Of a DNA stretch of 64,000 nt, positions 23,923-35,940 are shown piece by piece. A program made the translations under genes and the position numbers. A model generated the notes under the pieces. It had not been told where the DNA came from. It searched no databases and saw only the letters and a list, made by a program, of their open reading frames with translations. Numbering within the stretch: the stretch's first letter is position 1; each line of letters opens with the position of its first letter. The stretch is taken from positions 868,001-932,000 of the forward strand of contig OZ374563.1 of NCBI GenBank assembly GCA_977862235.1. Reading direction: 5' to 3'. The stretch is from Dudresnaya verticillata. Lineage: Eukaryota.

Positions 23923-26900
23923 CTCGGGCACCAACTCCTGACACTGGGGTGTCGCACCGCGAAGAGAGGCCTAGGCCTCGGGTGCTAACACGGAAGGAGG
24001 GCCCGAAGTTAGTTTCAGATGACGCCAACGGGCGGATAGAGTCGTCACAGACGTCATTAAAACGCCCATGGCGAAGGTACCAGCCCCCCGGGCGCAAGGG
24101 CAGTTGTTCGTGATGGCCAAGAGGAATTATAAGGTGTACGCCGATTTGGGCGCAACCGTTAGTACCTTGGCACGTAAACGCACTGTCCTCGACACGGGGG
24201 CTGGTCCGAATTTCATTCGCATTGAAGACATTCCGCTGGAAGCGCGATCGCGCATCGTGACAAAGAGCCTCCCCGTCATAGCCGACGCCAACAATAAGGC
24301 GATCCAGACAAGAGGCACCATCGACCTGATCGTTCGTCTAGGACGGAGAGTCGTCAAGTTGGAACTGATCGTTTGCGAACGACTCGCTGCGCCGGTGATA
24401 CTCGGCTGCGACTTTTGCGACCGGTTCGTCGAAACAATATATCCGCGAAGTCGCGAGGTTGAATTGGATGACGGGACTCGTGTCCCTATAACGCGCCGCC
24501 CGCTGCGCCGACCCCCGTCTTATCCTCCGTTACCAACGGAACAGGAATACGGCAACGCCGAAGGGAGGACGTCGCCCAAGATCCGAGTCGCCGAGCGCGC
24601 GATCATCCCGCCTAAGGCGCAGCAATGGGTATCGGTGACCACCGAGCGCGCCGGTATCATCACAACTCAACCGTTCGGAACGCTGTACGACAAACAAGGT
24701 CTGGCCGTTACGAACGGGATTGCTCAAGTGGAGCCGCTAAAAGCGTTTCGCATTCTGGTTGCCAACTTCTCTCCCCGCCCGCAGGCGCTGGCCAAGGGCC
24801 AAGTCATCGCCACGGCGTTACCACATCCGACAGCAGTGTTCCCCAGTCACGTAATTCTAGCCGATGTTTTGGGCCTCACGGAGGAACAAGCCGAGGAAGA
24901 GAAGGCAAACCAAGATTTCCGTTTTCAAACGAATGATAACACTGCGGCACAGCCGGATACTTTCACGAAGTCTATCGAGGCAACCACTGCCAAACCTCCG
25001 TCAGTAGACGATTTGGACCTGGGACATCTCCCCGCCGAGCATCAAGGTCGGCTCAAGGAGATGTTACGCAAGTATTCGTCTATGTGGGACGGTTCGTTGG
25101 GAGAAATCTCAACCACGGAGCACTACATCGACTTGCTTCCCAGCTCTAGACCGATATCGTCCCCGCCCTACCGAGCGGGGCCGAAGCAGAGACAACTCGC
25201 TCAAGCGGAAGTGGACCGCATGCTGCGTCAAGGGGTTACCGAACCCGCACAATCGCCTTGGGCGTCACCAGTGGTCTTCGCCCCCAAGAAGGACGGGACC
25301 CTCCGCTTTTGCGTAGACTAACGTCGTTTAAACGCAGTAACCATACGGGACACGTACCCGCTGCCGCGTATCGACGAATGCATCGACAGCCTAGGGGAAG
25401 CAAACGTCTTCACCACCCTAGACTGTAACAGTGGGTACTGGCAGGTGCCGATCAATCCGCGAGACCGCGATAAGACTGCGTTCACGTGCAACGCCGGACT
25501 GTTCCGCTATAAGCGTATGCCATTCGGCCTCACGAACGCGCCCGCTATGTTTCAACGAACGTTGGAAATACTGCTCGCTGGTTACAAATAGCGTTCGTGC
25601 CTCGTCTACCTCGATGACGTAATAATCTTCTCCAGCGACATCGACAGTCACTTCCGTCATGTTGACGAGATCCTTTCGACATTGCACCGCGCCGGGGTGA
25701 CTCTGAAGTTGACAAAGTGTGACTTCTTCACCCCGACCGTCAACTACTTAGGACACGTCATACGTCCAGGACGATTAGAAGTTGACCGAACTGTCACTGC
25801 CGCGCTACGCGAATCCAAGCATCCACGGGATCAGAAGGAGCTACGGAGTTTCCTCGGTCTTTGTAACGTCTACAGACGGTTCGTCTCGCGATACGCGCAT
25901 GTCGCTGAACCCCTCAACAAGTTGCTGAGGAAGGAACAGGACTTCCGGTTACAACCGTTTGATGAGACACAAGCCAAAGCGTTCAGTACGCTCGTCGAGG
26001 CCGTGACTCATCCGCCTATACTGGCGCTACCACAGCAGGGTCTCCCCTATTCCGTCGACTGTGACGCCAGCGAGTATCAGGTCGGCTGCGCTCTCTTTCA
26101 AACGCAGCCCGACGGGGAACGTAAGCCACTCGGCTTCTTGTCCCGCTCGCTCACCGCTCCAGAGCGTAACTACTCGGTCTCCGAAAAGGAGTGCCTCGCA
26201 GTAGTATGGTCCGTCATGACGCTGAGACCTTACCTCCAGATGGAGTCGTTCACAATCCATACGGACCATTCGTCATTGAGGTGGCTGATGGAAATCAGCG
26301 ACCCCTCCGGACGGTTAATGCGGTGGCGCCTTCGCCTTTCCGAGTTCGACTTTGTCGTGAAGTACAAAAAGGGTACTTGAATACTCAGGCAGATTCCCTT
26401 TCGCGTCTACAGACGAAGGGAGAAACCGTCGAGCCTATTGACGATGATATACCGTGCTATCACGGAAGCTACGCCGAAGACGGCCATCAAACGTCACAAG
26501 ACGATCTGTCAGACGCCGAAGGCGAGGTCGACTTCGCCGAACGAGAGTTCGAAGCGTTCGACCAAGTGTTGATCAACAACACGCCACCGGCAGATGAGGT
26601 ACTCCTTCGTCAAGTGACGCATGAAGAGTTGGTACACGCCCAAGGCGACGATAGTTACTGTAACGATGTCAGGAAACGTCTTGATGACGGGATCACCTTA
26701 CCGTTCGCAACGGATGAACAGGGCCTGTTGGTCCGAACAGTGGAAGCCCGTCCGCAAGTGGTCGTACCCTCCGCGTTACGCGCTCGCTTACTCCACCTCC
26801 GGCACCACGCCAAGTTGGCAGGGCACCCAGGGGGGCGTAGGTTGTATCATACGCTTCGACGCGAATACTATTGGCCATCGATGCCAGTGGACTGCTATGC

Positions 26901-28638
26901 GACCGTCCGCAACTGCGTAACTTGCGCTAAGAATCGCGTATTGCTGCGAAAGAACACCAAGCAATTGAAGTTGTTCCCGGCAACCGAGCCTCTCGAATTC
27001 GTGTCGATCGACATCCTGGGCGAACTCATACGCACGAAGCGAGGAAACAAGTTCCTACTCGTCATTGTGGACCGCTTCTCGAAGCTGGTCCGGACGGTCC
27101 CACTGCGTAGTATTACGACATTGGAAATCGCTAAGGCGTTTGTACGACATTGGGTCTTCGTGTACGGTCCTCCCAAGAAACTGTTGTCCGACAACGGACC
27201 ACAGTTCGTGGCTAAGCTGTTTCAGGATATCTGTCGTTTTTTGGGGGTGGAGAACCTCTTCACCACGACGTACCATCCGCAATGAAATGGCCAGGTAGAA
27301 CGATTCAATCGAACTATCCTGGCCTCGCTGCGTCACTACGTTGCGGATCATCCGAGAGACTGGGACCTGTTCACGGATGCCTTGAAGTTCGCATACAACA
27401 CACAGTTGCATTCGTCAACGCATCTCGCTCCGTTTGAATTGGTGCTGTCTAAGCCACCACGGCCACTGTCGCTCGAAGCGGAACCGTCGCTCGAAAGCGT
27501 ACCCACCGCGGGGCAATGCTACACCAAGTGGCGAACCTGATTGGCCGCACTGATGGGAACCGCTAAAGCGTCATTAGAGAAAACTCAAGCACGTTACAAA
27601 CGAAACTTCGATACCCGATTAAGGAAATCGAAGGAATCCATCGCCATAGGCGACTTAGTATTCGTACGTAAGGAATACTTCGCCCGAGGCGGGAGCACGG
27701 ATCGCGCAGAGCGTAAGCACAAACTGGCGCCAGTGGCGGACGGACCGTATCGGGTAACTCACGTTGATAACGAGACAGTAACCGTCGACAAGGGACGTGA
27801 TGAGCGGGAACGTTTGTCCCGAGACCGCGTGGTCTGGGCGCCGACCCCACCGGGTCAGGCGGCCCCTCCAATCGTCGCACCCCCAGGTCCGCCTGAGGAG
27901 CAGGACGCAGTCGCCCCCACGTCACAAGACGAAGGGACGACTACCCCAAGCACGCCACCAGCGGAACCGGAGGGGAACGCAGAGACTTCGCATACTGCGA
28001 GAGATCCGCAAGAGCGTACGACCACAGCGTCACGCAGTCGTGGGTTGGCAGAGCTTTCGCCCTTCGCCGCCGATCCCGACAACCGCGCTTCGCAATCCGT
28101 CTCCAACGACGACAATACCCCAGGGGTTCGCACCCGTTTGGAACACGTCGCTACGGCACTGCCGAATGATAACAATGAATCAGCTGAAAGCGCGTCCGAT
28201 AACGACGACGTTAACCGTGCAAGCACGAAGCAAGGCGCTGCAAGCGATGGACTCGTCTCAAGACGCAACAACCCACTTACCGCTGATCGAGCGTCCGAGG
28301 CCCAAGGCCAACGCCTTCGGCGATCAACTCGTCGAGTACGCTTCGCCGAACCGGAACAAACGCCCATAACGCAACGAGACGAACCGCCAAAGGCGCTGCA
28401 AGGACACCGGTCCAAGCCGAACGCTGTGAGCGGGAAAGAATACGTTATCGAACGCATCGAGTCGCACGCCTACGCGGATGATGGTGAGATGCTCTACAGC
28501 GTTAAGTGGTTTGGATACCCCGCTTCAGCGAACACCTGGGAGCCAGTCTCCAGTTTGCCGCGCTCCCACGTCACACGATACCACCGTCGCAAACGTATGC
28601 AGCTGCCGCCAAACGTCGACGACGCGCAACGCGGCTAA
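23919..28638 (+). pseudogene. pol: Element C pol: protease-RT-RNase H-integrase-chromodomain, with multiple stops
   Basis: DTGAG protease; LDCNSGYWQ and YLDD RT; DCDASEY RNase H; HHCC plus DILG/DRFSK/SDNGPQF integrase; chromodomain EYVIERIESH...YSVKWFGYPASANTWEP. Stops at 25319, 25589, 27283, 27538; frameshifts near 24087 and 26375. Confidence 0.93.
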
Positions 28639-29910
28639 CCCTAGTCCGGAAATACCGCTGGAAACGAATGGACGGACGATCGAGCCCACGTGCTCGCCCT
28701 ACGATCGCCAACGGCGCGGAAGCTCAACCCATGCCCTGTGGACGCGGTCGCCGGAGCGACAACGCCAACCACGCGTGCACGCCATGGACGAACGCGGACG
28801 CAAGTCGTTGCGTCATAGACAGCCTCTCGCACGCCACCTCGCAGCAGCCCCCATACGGAACCTCTGGATGGGTGCGCTGTTGACAGTGGATCCAGATCGC
28901 AAATCGAGATCCGCCGCTGGCGCCCCTCGGGTAATGAGAGGCAGTAGCGGGTCAAATTTTAATTTCCAAACACGGCAGCTCGATATCGCCCCCCCAACGC
29001 AATAATGCCAAGTGGCTGAGCAGGTGCTACGAGCCCCAGCGACGACAGGCGCAAAGTGGCAGCGCACGACAACCGTCTCCGACGTCGAGACGTGCCTCGC
29101 CCCACGGCCAAGTCCCAGGGACCGCCACCCTGCCGGCCACGGTCTCGCGCGCAAGACCCGTCGAACGTCTCCGACGTAACTCGCCGAGAAGGGGCGCACC
29201 GACAAACCCACCCCCGAAGGGGGGGGGAAGGTGGTCGAAGACGCAGTTGCTGCGGGTTCCGTGCACGAAGCGCCAACAAATCGCCAACGACTCCGCCGCT
29301 GCCTGCAGCCGCCGCGCAGTCGCGCGAGCGCGACAAACAACTCTACCCTACCCACAACGAGGAACGTCGAAGACGAAAGGGGCGGCAACGCCGAAGCGTC
29401 AAAACCTACCTCAGCGCCTTCGCGACCGTCGTCGAGGACGCCAACAAACCACGCCCAAGGCGCTGTGCAACACATGAACTACAAAAACGCTAAGTAAGCG
29501 GAAATACGCCAACGCCGCGCGCCTGACGCGCGTGAAACACGAAGAACAACGCTACTACAGCGGACCTTACTGGGCAAACAAAGCCAAGTGCCAACGCACG
29601 GCTAAGGCCAATGGCACCAAAACGCCAACGCTACTGTAGCGGGCAACCAAGAACACGACGCAAAGTCGAAAGTGGATCACAAGGTTACACCCTAAGGCAA
29701 ACGCGAAACGCGACACACAAAGACGCTGACAATGGCCGAAGTTTACTGGGCTAAAAACAAATGGGGACAACCCCTCGCCCTAGCGATCGACCACTACGGC
29801 TACATTAATCGTCAAAGACGAAGGGGAATACCCCGCTCAGCGGTCCCGCAAGGGAGCAGAAGGGCAACACAATACGCACCTCGCGTCCGCTATCCGTTCC
29901 TGAAACGACA

Positions 29911-32214
29911 TCAAGACTCCTTCGTCGCAGACGAATTGGCTGGCACGTCCCCAGCGCCTTCGGCGGACTCACGCAACGCCTCTTCGTAGAGGTCGTCCTC
30001 CGTCGTTGACGGCACACTCACGGCAGGAGCCGGGGCGGACCGCAAAGGCCTTGCCACCGCAACTGCCGGAGTGGCTGCAACAGGCGCCGCAGGCGAAGTG
30101 GGGGACTCATCAACCGCCTTGGGCGTCGTCGCTACAATATCCGCCAAAGGCGATGAAGCAATAACACCCGCCACAGGCGCAGAGCTCAAACCATCGTTCG
30201 CCTTAGGCGCGGACACAGCCCCATCCGCTTTAAGCGTAGTCAACGACTCGTCTACCGCCTTTGGCGTCAGTTCAGAAACCGCCTTGATTGGCGTCGCTTC
30301 TTCACTCGCCTTCGGCGCTGTTAACCCAACACCCGTCAATGACGCAGGAGCCCCTGGCCCCTTTGGTACCGTCAACGACGCTATAGCGGCATTCGCTTCG
30401 CTCGCCACAGGCGGTACAGTCATACTCACGTCTTGAGAAGCCGGACCATTCGCCTTAGGCGACGAAGGCTTCTCTGCCACACCGTCCTTCGATGCAGAAC
30501 CTACGACATTAGTCGATTTCGGCGCGGGCCCACCCTGAGGTGGGACCGCAGCCGACAAAGCTTGGCTCATCCACTCAGTGGGTGAGCCGCTCAGACCGCT
30601 AGTAGCGACGCCTGACGCCTGCAATAATGCAAGCACGGTGCGGCGCTGCTCTTCGGTCCAAACCGGCACCGAAGCTGGACCCCCAGAACCGTCTGCGACG
30701 TTTGATGCTTCGCCTTGAGGCATTACGATCGGCGGAGCCGGCTCAAGTATTGGCGTCGCCATAACGGCATCGCCATCATCGTCAGCGACGGGAGCCGCAA
30801 GGTCCAGAGGAGCAACAGATGGCAGGCCAGCTGGCACTCCACCGCCACCGACAGCGCCTCCGGGCAAAGCCGAAGACGCGGGCGCAGGCTCGGCAGTCGA
30901 CTCAACCGCCATAGGCGTAGCAATGTCCGTCCCAGACGGGTTCTCCGGTCCGCCATCGGCGTTAAACGCATCCTCCTCGGCCATTAAGGCGCTCAAATGC
31001 GGAGGAAAATCACCGACAAAGTCGCAGCTCTTACGCAAACCACGCGGGTGATTACCCGGGGTGAAGCGGTCCGTTTTGCGATGGCGCTCCGCAACGTTCT
31101 TCGTCGTACGACGCTTAGTCCACGGGTTATAATGGACCCAATCGCCACAGGCGGAGTGAGTCCGACTCATCGCGAATCGCGGACGGTTCGCCTTACGGCG
31201 GTTGTTCGCATACGGCACCATTGCCGGGTCGTTCCAGTCGATCTCATCCGCCACAGCGCGCAGGTTCCAGAACTCCTCGGCGTTCCGGGACCCGCCAAAT
31301 ATTTCGACTAAGTCGAGGCTGCCCAGCTGCGCCACCACACGCGGGGGTAAGTGGTACATACGGAAGGTGTCATACACCTCCCATAACCACGCATACGCCA
31401 CATTGGCGACCCAGTCCGTGTAAAACACGATCCAGTATCTGGAATATGGGTCGGTCATCAGCTCGGAACCGAGATACCTGACACACGGAGGAAGCTCTAC
31501 GGAGAAACCCTCGCATATCTTAAACTCGCGCCACACTGGCGGTACCTTCACAAAACAAAACGGCAACTTACTACGCTCAATGCGGTCAACCTGCATGTCC
31601 TGGTAAGGCACGAATGCGCCCTTTCGGCGACGCATCTCGCACTCCCACCGGATACAACGCTCCCAAAAGAACGTACCCGTACGATGCAAGTAACGAAAAT
31701 CCGCTTTCAAGCGTACGCCTAAGAGGTAGGCCTCTCACAACACACGAGGCTCAATCGACACGCTCACATGTTTGAGCGACAGCGTCCCAAGACGAGCACC
31801 ATATTCGGCTTCGCCGGCTGTGCGGTATTGTCCCGCATCATAATTGAACAGGGGCGGCGTTAACGTCGACCCCGGATAACGCGTGAAGCGACAATACACG
31901 TCTGAGACGAACTGCGGGTGGACGTCCGCACGCGACTGTCCCGCTCGCACCCAAAGCCATTCCGCAGGAACGGCACAGCGTAACTTCCATTCCAACGTCC
32001 AGACGACGCCGAGGCGCAAGCCCCCCGGCAAGAAACCGCTAGTAGCGTAATGAGCAACCAATTCTTCCTCGCGCAAGGCCTCCTGGTCGAACCAGGGGGC
32101 CCGCGCGAAGAAGTGCGCGTGATCGCGAGGGTTCTTTCCGACGAAGTCGACCGGCGAAGCGTACACCGGCGCAGCCGAAGGTGCTGCCACCTGCATGCCA
32201 TTGAACATCGGCAT
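29911..32214 (-). pseudogene. Element C antisense accessory ORF (~767 codons, one in-frame TGA at 31737-31735); homologue of B 5526-7811
   Basis: ORFs 32214-31735 and 31710-29911 share a frame and are separated by one TGA (probably from TGG); Trp/Tyr-rich N-half aligns with B; Ala/Pro/Ser-rich tail. Confidence 0.82.
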
Positions 32215-32216
32215 GA

Positions 32217-32600
32217 CGTCAACGACGAGGATGTGTTAACGCCAAAGGCGACGGTTGTACAAACGTCACAGACGACTCGTGTCCTGCGCCACTGGCGAAA
32301 GCTTCAAGAAGCGTGCGTCGAAGACGATTACTGTTGTAACGCCTTAGGCGAGGAAACGAAACCCACGTCGACGACGTTCATCTGCTGCGTCAATGGCGAT
32401 GCCACAAGCACACGACGTCGAAGACGACTACTGTTGCGACGCCTTAGGCGAGAGAAGGAAACCCGCGTCAACGACGTTCGACTGCTGCGCCAATGGCGAT
32501 GCCGGAGGCAAACGACGTCGATGACGATTAAGTTGCAACGCCCCAGGCAAGGGATATACGATAGACGTCAACGACGGAGCTCGTTGCCACAGGCGGTAAT
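32217..32600. repeat. ~100-bp period tandem repeat (about 4 degenerate units) just upstream of the antisense ORF start
   Basis: Units begin CGTC(G/A)A.GACGA at 32217, 32316, 32416, 32516; each holds about two CGCC-N3-GGCG palindromes or one-mismatch variants. Confidence 0.8.
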
Positions 32601-32816
32601 GTCGGGGCAGAGTACGCAGCCGCACGAGTACGCAAACGCAACAAGAGCGGAGTTCTTACGGCACAGCCGAGGTCGCAGTCGCACGCGGCGCACCAATACA
32701 ATACGCGAAGGCGCGGGGACTCGCTCGCAAGGCGCGGAAGTCGGCAGGGACGCAACGGCAGAACGCACGGCAGCAGGTTGAGGGTCGGGTCGTGTTCGCG
32801 TTTTGGAGGGGGATCG

Positions 32817-33712
32817 TGTGGTGCAAGGGGAGGCGAGCCCTTTTTCGCTGAAAGCGGTCGGACTAAATACGTCGACCGACGGAGAAACCGCCACCGGCGC
32901 TCACCACCGCCGTTGGCGCGCGAACACGTCATCAACGGCTTGCTGAGGCGCGCGCGCGCACTGCGCGCCGCGCGCCACGCGGGCACCGTACAGTGCTGGG
33001 CCAACCTGGCGCCCCGGGGCACTGTAGCACGGATCCGGATGCGATCTGGATCCGGCATCCAGATTGGCTATCTGGATCGCCTAAGCTGTAAGCTATGCGT
33101 CTGTAAGGCTGCGGGTATCAGCATTGCTGGCCCGATCCGGATGGGATCAGGATCGGACAAGTACCAGATTAGATCTAAGGCGCACGCTCTACAGTGCGCG
33201 CGCATGCGCGGCTGTAAGACAAACGCGTCCACGTGTACGTGTAAGCACCCACACAGGGGATTGTGCGGCGGTCTATCAGACGCGCGGCTGCATGCGACGC
33301 GTGATCTGTCAGACGCGCCTCGGGACGACACGTGTCCCGAGTTCCCGCGCTACACGCACGCCGCCGCGCCGCCGTACTATACTTAGGTAAGCCGTCCCAG
33401 ACGTCACAGTAAACGCCCGGACAAGCCGGCCTTGGTCCAGACTTCCCCGTTCCGCATGCGCGCATTCTACCGCTGCCTACGGCTAAGCGTCTACCTCCCG
33501 TGCTTCCACGTCTACCATCGTCCTTGACGTGTTCCCTTTCTCTTTCCCTTTTCCTTCCTTTCCGCCTCGGGCGTTTACAGTCCGCCCAAAGCGTGCCCCT
33601 TTGCTCTACCACCAAGTCGCCCACGGCGGGTCTACCTACCGCCGAGGGCGCAGCTACCCACCGAGCCCCGAACTGCTCGGCGGTCCATCGTCTACAGACG
33701 TTTTGCACCACA
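32817..33712 (+). repeat. Element C 3' LTR
   Basis: Direct repeat of 20337-21232, preceded by PPT GGAGGGGGA. Confidence 0.96.
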
Positions 33713-34571
33713 CTTTGTATTCGATATATAGATATGAAGTCAACTTCATAATGCATTTGCATCTGAGTCATCGTGCTGATAAGGATGCTGCTGCATCCGA
33801 CCCATTCTGACACCCGCGGCCCATGTTGACGGTGTGTGTGCGTGAGTGGTAGAGGTGGGCTAGCGGGGACGAAATGAGCGATGTAGCATGGGTTGTGGCG
33901 GAAGATGGACGGTACTGGGCACAGCACCTCTCTCTGTCTTCGCGCGCTTTGCGCAACCAATGATGGAGCAGAGAATGGCACTGTGTAGCAAGAGAATACC
34001 TCACGCGCGTGCGGTATTGGGGTGATCAATAGACATTTTCGGCTGGATATTCTATTGAAATTTTACGCGATTAGAATAGATTCGCCGCGGTAGAGATGGG
34101 AAATTCTTCTATATATATATATATTTACTGAATAGCGAACCAGTAGAGATGCTCTTAGGTCTACAATCCCTACAACGAGCCACTCGTCAGGTCAACCCTT
34201 GCATACCTGGAGCATCCCGAGAAGGCAAACTTCTCAGGCCGTGCAGAATCAAGAGAGCCGGTGCAATGTTGTGGAGAAGACCAAATGTTGGACAGGACGA
34301 AGAAAAGGTCCGTGATTCAATAGGATGGAGGCGTAACAGGCACCGCATAATGTACACGGGATGATTCAGGACGTTTCCTCGGAAGGAACGGCACTGAACC
34401 CAGCAAATCCCACTCTAAAATGCACGGCAAGAAATCGTTTACTCATTCCACTCGCCAAATGTTAAGTCACGGCTGTATCACACATAACACGAGCGATACC
34501 TGCTACTGAGAGCAGCAACAAGCGACGTTCGACACAAGGAAAAGCCCAAGCCGACGAAGAGGGCGTAAGCG

Positions 34572-34802
34572 TCACATTCTGGCATACTCACAGGGAAGCT
34601 CTTCAAAAAAGCAAGTGTGAATGGGTGTGTTCTCGATATGGCAACATTTAAACCCGGGTTGGCAGCTGTGGGCGCCGGGCTCACAAAACCCGAACTTGAC
34701 AGCGGTGGGGATGCTTTTGGCCTTTAGCGGGGCGGGTGCGGCCGCCGTGAACGAGAAAAACAGGCCTGCGGCGGAGAGGAGGAGGAGAAGGAGACGGGGC
34801 AT
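34572..34802 (-). CDS. Small secreted cysteine-rich peptide, 76 aa, knottin/ICK-like C-C-CC-C-C framework
   Basis: Signal peptide MPRLLLLLLSAAGLFFSFTAAA; C-x6-C-x5-CC-x9-C-x6-C; TATAAAA on - about 110 bp upstream (34912-34918); identical protein in copy 2. Confidence 0.75.
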   Translation of the reverse strand: MPRLLLLLLSAAGLFFSFTAAAPAPLKAKSIPTAVKFGFCEPGAHSCQPGFKCCHIENTPIHTCFFEELPCEYARM

Positions 34803-35789
34803 GGCGAAGGTCGGGTTGGTTCGTTTCTTGGAGGGGGTGAAGAATGAGGTCGCAGGAGCGAAGGGCGACGATGACGAGCAACTCAGAGTGGTGAGGATGA
34901 CGGAGGCGTGCTTTTATACTAAACCTACGGACTCATCTTTCTTACAGTGCTTTCTAGAACATACGCTACGTAGTTCTTACGAAACGACGAGCAAGCACAA
35001 CATGCACACACCCTGCCAGCTGCACAGTGCCAGATGCGAGGCAGATCCGCCGAGATACACGTGGAGATTGCCGGGGACGTTCAGCGATGGCAGTGTGATC
35101 ACCGCAGCAAGACGCTGGAAGCAGCCCGCGGAGCTGGCTGCTGTATTCTTGACAAGGGCCTGCGGGGTTCCGAGTCTGAACTTTGCAACCTCGTGAGAGA
35201 AATGGCAGAGTCTGGTACATATGATTGCATAAATTGTCTCTTGCCGCACATCCCTCTGTGCGGGGTCGCTCGCAACCTCTCGCCGGCGGCGAACATCACA
35301 GCACTACTTAGCCTCCACAGCCCCGCCGCTAGACGCGCGTCCAAGGCAGACAAGAGGACTAGTAAACTGTGTGCACAACAAGCCGCGCTTTACTAGCGCT
35401 CTTGCCCGCTTTCGCTTTCGCGTCTTACCCTTAGTAGCAGGGTTCTGGCCTACAGAGTTGACGCAAGTCGTTCGCTGTGCCTGCCTTTGCTTCCAAGTTG
35501 TTGGAAGCAAAGCATATCAAAAGTATCAGGTCGTGCGGAATACAGCAACGGACAGCCTTGCGGCTTGCGGTTCTCCCTGTCCCAGGCGAGGGCGAAAGGG
35601 TGGATGCAGACAGAAACCCCCCGGTGCCGCATTTTGCAGGGCCGGGAAATAAGCCAAGGTGATATAGTTTGAGCATCTCGTTGGCATCTCGATTTCATTA
35701 CAGTGGCCGAAAAGAAGGGGTGACACTCTGTGCCATTTGTGCCATTTGTGTCATTTCAAGAGTGCTTGTGACATTTATGCTTCTCCAAA

Positions 35790-35940
35790 GCATTACAGTA
35801 CTGCCGGCCATGGGCGGCCTTTTCCTAAAATCTTTACTGAAACCAAGGCACACCCTCCACGCTCCCCCAAGGAAGTCCCGTCCCGTGCAAGGGCTTTTCT
35901 CACGCGGCATTCCATCCTTTTGGCCCTCGGCGAAGCTTTC
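35790..35940 (-). pseudogene. Degenerate fragment resembling the C-terminal domain of the orphan X/Y family
   Basis: KSPCTGRDFLGGAWRVCLGFSKDFR aligns without gaps to KAPVGSENFAVVLKKFRWTFSEDYR; HGRQYC follows in a shifted frame (cf. HGRRFC). Confidence 0.4.

Larger units (their letters stand above)
20337..33712 (+). mobile_element. Full-length Ty3/gypsy chromodomain-integrase LTR retrotransposon C (13,376 bp) with antisense extra ORF
   Basis: 896-bp LTRs with TGTGGTGCA..TGCACCACA termini; perfect 5-bp TSD CTTTG (20332-20336, 33713-33717); PBS 21235-21252; PPT ~32805-32813; gag, PR, RT, RH, INT, chromodomain. Confidence 0.96.

Noticed and set aside
28641..29910. Several 100-220 aa ORFs between pol and the antisense ORF of C
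   Set aside because: Overlapping, low-complexity, expected in GC-rich DNA; no motifs or homology to B.
32217..32600. Regularly spaced palindromic repeats as a CRISPR array
   Set aside because: Whole 100-bp units are homologous (no unique spacers), no cas genes, and the context is a eukaryotic retrotransposon.
20337..33712. GCCNNNGGC as an animal AP-2 (TFAP2) site
   Set aside because: The host does not look animal, and the enriched motif includes the outer C/G; similarity treated as coincidental.
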